Shown here one piece after another: positions 1 to 7,356 of a DNA stretch of 7,531 bases. The notes below the pieces were generated by a model. The model saw only the letters and a list, made by a program, of their open reading frames with translations, was not told the DNA's origin and made no database searches. Both the position numbers and the translations under genes were made by a program. Each line of letters opens with the position of its first letter. Position 1 is the first letter of the stretch. Origin of the DNA: Octopus sinensis (taxonomy: Eukaryota); contig NW_021828786.1 of NCBI RefSeq assembly GCF_006345805.1, positions 1 through 7,531 of the forward strand, in the 5' to 3' direction.

Positions 1-14
1 ATACATATATATAT

Positions 15-16
<2 letters not shown>

Positions 17-60
<44 letters not shown>
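17..60. repeat. (GT)n microsatellite
   Basis: Perfect GT dinucleotide run of about 22 units. Confidence 0.97.
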
Positions 61-65
<5 letters not shown>

Positions 66-271
66 TGCGGATTAGAGCATTGGACTCGTGAATTATTATT
101 ATTTTTTTTTTTTGAAAATGTTCTAAAATATTTTATCAGGATGTTACTAAGCTTTTTTTGCAAGAAGTTTTTTTCCCCTAACGTGTGAGCGCTTTCGATT
201 CACCTTTTCAAATAACTAAATACATATATCGTGTGCCTGTATCTATTTGTCTGTGTGTGTCTCTTTTACAG

Positions 272-590
272 AACAGAGGAAAAAAGCCAATTCCCGCCGG
301 ACATAACTCCTCTCATCTTGGCAGCGCACTACAATAATCATGAGATTATACAGATGTTTTTGTCACGTAACCACACCATCGAAAAACCTCATCCAATTTC
401 TTGTAAATGTACGGGATGTGTGACAAAACAGAACTATGATTCTCTCAAAAGATCGCGATCACGTCTGAACGCTTATAGGTCCCTTGCCAGTCCTGCTTAT
501 ATGGCGCTTTCCAGTCCAGACCCGATTATGACAACCTTTGAACTTCGACAGGAAATGCAGAAATTAGCTGAAGTCGAAAAAGAATTCAAG
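272..590 (+). CDS. TRPC: Internal coding exon of a canonical TRP (TRPC3/6/7-like) cation channel: last ankyrin repeat, TRP_2 zinc-binding domain and start of the linker helices
   Basis: Translation (R)TEEKSQFPPDITPLILAAHYNNHEIIQMFL...PHPISCKCTGC...DSLKRSRSRLNAYRSLASPAYMALSSPDPIMTTFELRQEMQKLAEVEKEFK matches TRPC hallmarks (DITPxILAAH, HxxxCxCxxC, SRSRxNAY, LASPAY, EKEFK). Acceptor ctcttttacAG at 270-271; donor AAG|GTATTT at 591. 319 nt, starts with a 1-nt codon remainder, ends in phase 0. ASPAY and EKEFKN fit TRPC3/6/7 better than TRPC4/5 (ASPSL, ENEFK), from recalled sequences. Confidence 0.95.
390..419 (+). other. TRPC intracellular Zn2+-binding motif H-x3-C-x-C-x2-C (HPISCKCTGC)
   Basis: Codons CAT (390), TGT (402), TGT (408) and TGT (417). 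The spacing matches the His-Cys3 zinc site known from vertebrate TRPC structures. Confidence 0.85.
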
Positions 591-828
591 GTATTTATTT
601 CTCTTTATTTATATATTTATATATTCTGTTTGTTTGTTGTTGTTGTTTTTTTGGGGGGTTGTATATGGTTTGCAAAATCCTTGATGTGGAATCCTTTTGT
701 TGAATCTTAGGTGGATCATTACACCAATAAGAGAACACGCACTGGTTTTGTTTCATTTTTAATTATATATTTCTCAATTGGTTTACTATTGAACCAATTA
801 ACTACGCGAACCATGCGAGAATGGCTTA

Positions 829-1001
829 ATAGGCGTGGGCGTTATTGAGTGGTATACAGCTTGCTTCCCAACCGCATGGTTCCGAGTTCAGGCCCAGTGC
901 GTGGCACTTTGGGTAAGTGTCTTCTACTATAGCCTTGAGTTGATGAAAGCCTTGTGAGTAAATTTGGCAGATGGAAACTTAAAGAAGCCCATATATGTAT
1001 C
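829..1001 (+). mobile_element. tRNA-derived SINE, 5' portion (copy 1), Octopus-type
   Basis: Starts ataggcg, has B-box-like ggttccgagttcagg, then ttgggtaagtgtcttctactatagcc...aaagccttgtgagt...ggaaact.aaaga. Clearly homologous to 1031-1170 within the window. Family identity is recalled from memory. Confidence 0.8.
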
Positions 1002-1019
1002 TATGATGACCAGCTCAGA

Positions 1020-1373
1020 TGCGCTTCTAAAGTAAGATGCTTGCTTCCCAACCACATGATTCTGTGTTCAGTCCCACTGCGTGACACCTTTGGCAAGTGT
1101 CTTCAACTATAGTCTTGGACCGACCAAAGCCTTGTGAGTGGATTTGGTAGATGGAAACTGAAAGACGACCGTCGTATGTACATATGTATATGTATCTATG
1201 TGTCTGGTTGTGTCTGTGTTTGTCCCTCTACCATCACTTGACAATCAATGCTGGTGTGTTTACGTTCTCGTAACATTAGCGGTTCGGCAAAAGAGGGCAA
1301 TAGAATGAGTACTACGAAGTACAACGAAGCTTACGAAGAATAAGTCCTGGGTTCGATTTCTTCGTCTAAAACC
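1020..1373 (+). mobile_element. tRNA-derived SINE (copy 2), longer but lacking the 3' terminus
   Basis: gcttgcttcccaaccacatg.ttc.g.gttcagtcccactgcgtg...ttggcaagtgtcttc.actatag...aaagccttgtgagtggatttggtagatggaaactgaaaga aligns with copy 1. It continues through cttgacaa...tttacgttctcgtaacattagcggttcggcaaaagag and ends at gtcctgggttcgatttcttcgtctaaaacc, which is similar to 3505-3530. Confidence 0.82.
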
Positions 1374-1376
1374 TTT

Positions 1377-1381
1377 TATAG

Positions 1382-1416
<35 letters not shown>

Positions 1417-1557
1417 TGATACCTAGTTACCTAGAGAGATACATACCTACATACATACATACATACATACATACATACATACATACATACATACATACAT
1501 ACATACATACATACATACGTACATACATATAGAGAGAGGTGATATATATATGTTATA

Positions 1558-1592
<35 letters not shown>

Positions 1593-1722
1593 ATATTATA
1601 TAAATACTATATATATATAATACATATATATATATAAATACATATATATATATAAGAGAGAGAGAGAGAGAGTGAGGAATGTTACTTAGTACCTAGATAG
1701 ATAGATAGATAGATAGATAATA

Positions 1723-1804
<82 letters not shown>

Positions 1805-1805
1805 G

Positions 1806-1858
<53 letters not shown>

Positions 1859-2030
1859 CTATATTGAGAGAGAGAGAAAGATATATAGAGCGAGAGGGGG
1901 AGAGGTATGACAGACAGATAGACAGACAGATACATAGGGAAAGAGAGAGAGAGAGAGGGCGGGGTAATAGGTAGAGAGAGGTATGATTGATAGCTAGATA
2001 CTCCATCCATCCATCCACCCATCCATACAT
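1377..2030. repeat. Compound microsatellite block: (TA)n(GA)n, (TACA)n ~1441-1530, (TA)n, (GA)n, (TAGA)n ~1694-1846, (CAGA)n, (CCAT)n
   Basis: Read directly from the sequence. It explains the IYLS-repeat ORFs at 1686-2042 and 1693-2022. Confidence 0.95.
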
Positions 2031-2484
2031 ATATTTGTTCAATTATTTATCTAATTATTTCTTTTTCCTCTTTGTTCTTTTGTTTCTTAATTTTTCGCTA
2101 CGTATTTAGTTTCTTTTCGTATCTGTTGCCAGTTAACATTTTAATTAAGTGCTAGCCCATGTGTAGCAAGCAGGAAGCTCTGTGAGAGGAAGGTGGCGGA
2201 GGAGGCGGGGGGGTGTTTGAACAATTGAAACGAAGCAGACGAGAAAATAATCAAATCCACATTATTAAGATATGCGAGTTTCGGTAGTAGAAGATAGATA
2301 TGGTGGATACGAGGGATATAGACGAAGGTGCAACACGAGAGAGAAGTAGGGAGAGGAAGTTTATAAAGAGTTGCTTTATAAGATGGCCGACATTTTTTTT
2401 TTTTGAAGTTTGTTTTGTTTTTATGCGGGGGTTGAAATTTTATTTTGAATTCTTTGATGCTCTTTTCAGAACGTAAGTACATGT

Positions 2485-2905
2485 CATGCGTGCATGAATG
2501 TATGTATATATGTATGTATGTATGTCTATTTTTGTGTCTGTGTATGTGTGTATGTATGTATGTATGTATGTATATAGGTAAGTTGTACGCACACAAACGC
2601 ACATACACACATACATATATATATTTAATATAAATAATATATAAACATATGCATATATGCATACATACATATTGCATAAGTAATATATAAATATATGCAT
2701 ATATACATACATATATGTACATACCTACACACACACACACACCACACACATGCATATATGGGTACAGGACATCACGAAAACGTAGACAAAATGACTTATA
2801 TACATTTATACATGTATATATATATATAGATAGATATGTATACTTACGTCTGTATATATATATGTGTGTGAGTGTGTGTGTGTGTGTGTGAGTGTGTGTG
2901 TGTGA

Positions 2906-2944
<39 letters not shown>

Positions 2945-3125
2945 TACACACACACACACTTGTACATATGTATATGTATAATTATATGCGTATACACGCA
3001 CACACATACACACATACATAAATTTATTTGTGTGGGTGGTTGTTGTTGTTCTTATCTCCGTCTGTGTTAGTTTTCGTGTTACAGTGTGTATATGCAAAAT
3101 GTGTATATGTTTGCGTGTGCGTGCG
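2485..3125. repeat. Degenerate mixed (TA)/(TG)/(CA)/(TATG) microsatellite region
   Basis: Low-complexity runs interrupted by a short unique segment at ~2755-2800. Confidence 0.85.
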
Positions 3126-3274
3126 TGCGTAAATGTATTATCTAATCCTATTATCTTGATGGGGAAAGAAAAGAAAGAAAGAAAGAAAGAACACTATTGC
3201 TACACCCTCTCTTCTTCCATACGTTTGTGGCTCTCTGCCACTGAAAGAATCGTTCATTATTACCAAAGAGAATG

Positions 3275-3470
3275 AAGGCAGTCGATAGGCAAAAATCATT
3301 GGAGCGTCGAACAAAATGTCATGTGGTGCTTCTTCTGACGGTTTACGTTCTGCGTTCAAATTCCAACGAGGTCGACTTTGCCTCTTATCTCCCCTCCCCA
3401 CATCTGTGGGTGGGGGAGATCGATAGAATAAAGTCTAGTTCTGGGATAGCGTCAACGAAACCCCTCACCG
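3275..3470 (+). mobile_element. Diverged tRNA-derived SINE of a second family
   Basis: tttacgttctgcGTTCAAATTCCaacgaggtcgactttgcct (B-box-like motif at 3354-3364) followed by cgatagaataaagt. It resembles the abundant Octopus repeat gttctgagttcaaattccgccgaggtcgactttgcctttc, recalled from memory. Confidence 0.68.
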
Positions 3471-3504
3471 TCGACATATTGTGTCGATCGTTTAACAGCA
3501 CCGA

Positions 3505-3575
3505 CTCCGGGGGTCGATTTGTTCGACTAAAGGCGGTGCTCCAGCATGGCTGCAGGAGATGACTGAAACAAGTAA
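3505..3575 (+). mobile_element. 3' terminal fragment of the first SINE family (5'-truncated)
   Basis: ggggtcgatttgttcgactaaaggcggtgctccagcatggctgcag...gactgaaacaagtaa. Its start is homologous to the end of copy 2 (1345-1370), and it matches the recalled Octopus SINE 3' end. Confidence 0.75.
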
Positions 3576-3785
3576 TATATGTATACGCCATGATAGATCG
3601 TTAGCTCCTACACGCATTTTTTTCTCTCCTTGTTTCTCTCCTTGTTTTTTTCTGTGTATCTTTCTGTCGAAGAGCGTAGGCTCGAAACGTAAAAGACTTT
3701 TTCTATTCCTGAGCGCTATACTAATACATTTGTTTGTTTGTACTCCACCTGCCTTCGTCTTTTGTTTATTTTCGTAAACTTTTCC

Positions 3786-3787
<2 letters not shown>

Positions 3788-3825
<38 letters not shown>

Positions 3826-3922
3826 AATAGCGGTTAACATATATATATACACATATGCATATATATGTATAAATATACACACGTACACATATATACATAC
3901 ATAAATATATAAATGCATATAT

Positions 3923-3961
<39 letters not shown>

Positions 3962-4064
3962 GCTGAATGTATGTATGTAATGTTAGAAGCAGCAATAATG
4001 TAAATATTATCAGTATTGATGTTTTATATATATGTGTGTATGTGTGTGTGTATACATACACACT

Positions 4065-4095
<31 letters not shown>

Positions 4096-4106
4096 ACACA
4101 CACACA
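3788..4106. repeat. (TA)n and (TG)n/(CA)n microsatellites
   Basis: AT runs at 3788-3822 and 3915-3960; TG at ~4032-4050; CA at ~4055-4106. Confidence 0.9.
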
Positions 4107-4619
4107 TCCCTGTAGACTGGCAGCTGATGTTGCTGCTCTTATGCATGTCTTTTTTTGTTTTTGTTCATGTTGTTGTTGTTGCTGCTGTAGAAAATATTTT
4201 GTTTTTAATTGTTTATTGGGGGTTTGTTTTGTTTAATTTTTTTTTTTTGTTTTTTTTTTGTGTGTGTCTGTTGATTCTCTTGCTCACCGTTTCCCTGCGG
4301 CTTCCGGTTCCGGTTTTCACGTCTGCCCCTCCCGTTACGTCGTAGGGAACCTGTTGCTGTAACACCTTCCGTTCCGCACCGTTTCATTTATGACACTTGA
4401 GACCAACTCAACAAAGCACCTCCATCAACCCCCACCCCCCACCCGCCTTCATCAAATCAATTACCAGAAGCAGCCGCACCACCATTGCCGCCATCGTCAC
4501 CAGCAACACATAGCACAGCAACAGCAGCGATTTCAACGATAGAAACCATTGTAGAAAGACAAACCTCGAAAAACAAAAAAATAAAACAAAACAAAAAAAA
4601 TTAATGGTCATAACCTAAA

Positions 4620-4880
4620 CAACCACGGCAATAACAACAACAACAGCAGCAGCAACAACAACAACAACAACAACAACAATAACAACAACAACAAGAATCA
4701 CAAAAGCAAATGCAAGGGCTATGACGACGGTGACGTCGGTGATGATGCTAATGACAATGGCAATAAGAGAGTTGATTAATCATTATATGAGCACTCAAGG
4801 AATAACATCGACACGAACAACAGCAATAACAATGACAACAAAAATAACAACAACAATAACAATAGCAGCAATGCAATCAC
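4620..4880. repeat. Degenerate (AAC)n/(AAT)/(CAG) trinucleotide tracts
   Basis: aacaacaac runs at 4630-4693 and 4815-4870. The CAA (Gln) frame is interrupted by TAA codons. Confidence 0.85.
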
Positions 4881-4955
4881 AACTGATAAACCATTATGAT
4901 ACTGATGTTCCAACACCGCGTTTCGGTGCAGTGAGACAGAACGAAAGAAACAAAC

Positions 4956-5115
4956 AACCAATCAGAGCATGTGTTAATTGCTCGAAGTATTAAGACAGAG
5001 ATAGAGCGAGGAAGGGGGGATGAGAGAGGGAGAGGAAGTGGGGGGGGGGGTGGCGAGAGCAAACGATGAGGGAGGGCGGGAGGGAGGATATTAATCAATG
5101 ACGTCAATTATAAAA
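4956..5115 (+). promoter_or_regulatory. Candidate intronic Pol II promoter/enhancer motif cluster (CCAAT, ETS-like, GC box, CRE, TATA)
   Basis: AACCAATCAG 4956-4965, GAGGAAGTG 5032-5040, GGGCGGG 5074-5080, TGACGTCA 5099-5106, TATAAAA 5109-5115. Motif match only. Confidence 0.3.
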
Positions 5116-5124
5116 ACCGCAGTT

Positions 5125-5283
5125 AATATAATGTACATGCATACATAAGTACTATATATATATATATAATTGTATGTATATATATATATATATATATAAT
5201 TGTATGTATATATATATATATATATATATAATTGTATGTATATATATATATATATATATAATTGTATATATATATACTATATA

Positions 5284-5328
<45 letters not shown>

Positions 5329-5467
5329 ATGTATGTATGTATATATATATATATATATATAATTGTATATATATATATATATAATTGTATGCATATATAT
5401 ATATATATATGTTTGTATATATATATATGTATATATATACATATATGTATATATATGTATATATATG

Positions 5468-5514
<47 letters not shown>

Positions 5515-5640
5515 TATATGTATATATATATATATATGCATATATATATATAATGTATATATATATATATACACACACGCATGCATACATGTATACACAC
5601 ACATATAAATATATATTATATATATATATATATTATATAC
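5125..5640. repeat. Long (TA)n-based array with a recurring AATTGTAT spacer
   Basis: AT runs punctuated by aattgtat at about 5168, 5198, 5230, 5260, 5361 and 5383. Confidence 0.93.
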
Positions 5641-5956
5641 AGGGTTGTAATCAAAATTCCATAAATACTATCTGTTATTCTGTAATGAATCGAATGGAAA
5701 AAATGTGTCGCTCAAGAAGGACTTCAGTTCTCAAAGCCATTTTAAGATCCACAAAGATCAGAACTTATCTGCAACTCTGACGGTGAAAAAGCCGACAACA
5801 GTTGATGAACAGAGGAAAAATAACCAGTTCGGGAACCTTTTGATACCACCTCGTAGGCCCTCATATAACAGTGGTATTTTAAGGGTACCCCATTTTGTTG
5901 GAAATAAATTCCCCTCTCGAATGACAGACTGTCGCAAAAAAGTTCAATTAAATGTT

Positions 5957-6020
5957 GCTGAACCCAGAACCATGTGGCAGGACAGGAAACCTCTTACCGT
6001 ACAGTCACGCTTGCGCCTAT
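5957..6020 (-). mobile_element. Inverted 5' head fragment of the first SINE family
   Basis: Its reverse complement ataggcgcaagcgtgactgtacggtaagaggtttcctgtcctgccacatggttctgggttcagc aligns without gaps to 829-892 at 42/64 identities (hand count). Confidence 0.75.
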
Positions 6021-6356
6021 ATGTGTGTGGGGGGGGGGTTGTGTGGGGGTGTTTGTGTGTGTATGTGTGTGTGATTGTGTATGTGTGTGTTTGTGTTTGT
6101 ACGTGTGTGCGTATGTGCGTGTGTTTGCATGTGCGTGCGTGCGTGTGTGTGTTTATGTGTGTATGTGTATTTGAGTGTGCGTGGTGTGTGTGTGTTTGTA
6201 TGTGCGTGCGCATGTGTTTGTATGTGCGTTCGTGTGTGTGTGTGTGTGTGTATGCGAGTGTGTGTTTGTGTGTATGTGCTTGTGTGTGTATGTGTGTGTA
6301 TTTGTGCGTGCGTGCGTGTGTGTATTTGTATATGCGTGCATGAGTGTGTGTGTGTG
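6021..6356. repeat. Long degenerate (TG)n tract with TA/CG variants
   Basis: About 335 nt of near-alternating purine-pyrimidine sequence, ending ~107 nt upstream of the 6463 acceptor. Confidence 0.93.
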
Positions 6357-6463
6357 TTGCTTTTCTTCCCTTGTAGCTCTTTCTTCCCATTTGCATTTTT
6401 GTAATATTCTACTCAATGTTTGTTCTCTCCTTTGTTCCTTTTTTTCTTTTTTTTTCATTGCAG

Positions 6464-6634
6464 AACGAATATTTGGGTCTTGTAGAACAATGCATGGATT
6501 TCGCTTGTGAACTTATGGATCTATGTCGAGGTACCCAAGAAGTTGAAGCTGTTCTCAGTGGTGGCTGGGGGGATATTAGTATCAGAGATCCTCTCGCTCG
6601 TTTGAAAATGGCGCTAAGATATGAGGAAAAGAAG
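6464..6634 (+). CDS. TRPC: Next internal coding exon of the TRPC3/6/7-like channel (linker/pre-S1 region, 57 aa)
   Basis: NEYLGLVEQCMDFACELMDLCRGTQEVEAVLSGGWGDISIRDPLARLKMALRYEEKK resembles TRPC3/6/7 NDYxxLSxQCKDFVVGxLDLCRxxEEVEAILNG...LSRLKLAIKYEVKK. 171 nt, phase 0/0; donor AAG|GTACGT at 6635. Confidence 0.95.
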
Positions 6635-6644
6635 GTACGTTGCT

Positions 6645-6662
6645 TTATTATTGTTATTATTG

Positions 6663-6727
<65 letters not shown>

Positions 6728-6750
6728 TTTTTGTTGTTGTTGTTGTTGTT
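6645..6750. repeat. (TTA)n followed by (TTG)n
   Basis: Read directly from the sequence, starting about 10 nt into the intron after the second exon. Confidence 0.95.
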
Positions 6751-7307
6751 GAGTGAGAGAGCAGTGTACGCCATGAAAGTGATACTGTGGTAAAATATAT
6801 GAATCCCAGTATACCCATCATGACTACCGTCTGATAAGGGTACCCAGGCACGTGCATCACAACCATAATGTGCGCGACATGATGATCTCATATCAAGATA
6901 AACAGCGCATGACCTTGCAGGTGGGGGCCCAGTTAGAATTTTCTTCAGGTTGAGTAGCCATCCCGCTCAAAAGGTCCCTGAATAAGGGTTGTTTAAGGAT
7001 GTTGAAAGAAAACACCCATGTTTCCAGAGGTGAACTATTCAAACCCCAAAGAATCCCTCTCAACACATGGCTATGATGCTCCCCCACTACTTCTGCTCGT
7101 GATCAGAGATGCACATATCGTCAGTCACTGAGGGACATGCTCAACTGGTTAAGGTCAAACAACTGACAAGCAAATCTGTGGTATTGAGCAGAGTATTTGC
7201 TGTAGCCCATCTTTTATACCGAGACAAAACAATGTACATGATAACACTTCCAATCAGTTAAGATCAGAAGCCATGAGAGCCACTGCCTGGTACTGCATCA
7301 GGGCATT
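6751..7307 (-). mobile_element. ~555-nt probable interspersed non-LTR-derived element with an (AAC)n(AAT)n 3' tail, inserted in a (TAA)n tract
   Basis: A complex, more GC-rich block sharply bounded by TTA-type repeats on both sides. On the minus strand it ends ...cactgctctctcactc-aacaacaac-aataataat. No long ORF. Resembles a common Octopus repeat recalled from memory. Orientation is inferred from the tail. Confidence 0.6.
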
Positions 7308-7321
7308 TATTATTATTATTA

Positions 7322-7356
<35 letters not shown>

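Larger units (their letters stand above)
591..6463 (+). other. Phase-0 GT-AG spliceosomal intron (5,873 nt) of the TRPC gene
   Basis: GT at 591-592; long pyrimidine tract at ~6421-6457 followed by ttgCAG ending at 6463. Splicing gives continuous EKEFK|NEYLGL, colinear with TRPC EKEFKNDY, so no constitutive exon is missing. Confidence 0.92.

Noticed and set aside
591-710. ORF read-through past the first exon giving a hydrophobic, TM-like tail (VFISLYLYIYIFCLFVVVVF...)
   Set aside because: TRPC similarity stops exactly at the GT donor. The hydrophobicity follows from T-rich intron sequence, and there is no AATAAA nearby to support intronic polyadenylation.
829-900. tRNA gene
   Set aside because: Only a B-box-like motif with no cloverleaf, and it continues into SINE body sequence present in several diverged copies.
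1686-3097. Long minus-strand ORFs (118, 109 and 318 aa)
   Set aside because: Built from microsatellite translations (IYLS, YI, HT, CV repeats) with no recognisable domain.
3272-3562. 96-aa ORF with normal-looking composition
   Set aside because: It coincides with two SINE-derived segments, so it is a chance open frame in repeat DNA.
4620-4730. Potential polyglutamine-coding exon (CAA/CAG)
   Set aside because: The Gln frame is interrupted by TAA and TGA, and there are no suitable splice sites.
5123-5608. Stack of overlapping Ile/Tyr-rich ORFs on both strands
   Set aside because: (TA)n lacks stop codons in most frames; pure artefact.
5643-6015. Possible cassette exon or 212-aa ORF (5705-6343) after tatacAG at 5642
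   Set aside because: No polypyrimidine tract and no TRPC-like or other recognisable sequence. The ORF's second half is an inverted SINE head plus TG repeat, and the flanking exons already join colinearly.
6635-6793. Poly-Ile/Leu extension of the second exon ORF
   Set aside because: Translation of the (TTA)n/(TTG)n microsatellite downstream of a strong donor.
7080-7135. Minus-strand CTGACGA resembling a hammerhead ribozyme core
   Set aside because: I could not find the required stem II followed by GAAA and a matching stem III/NUH site.
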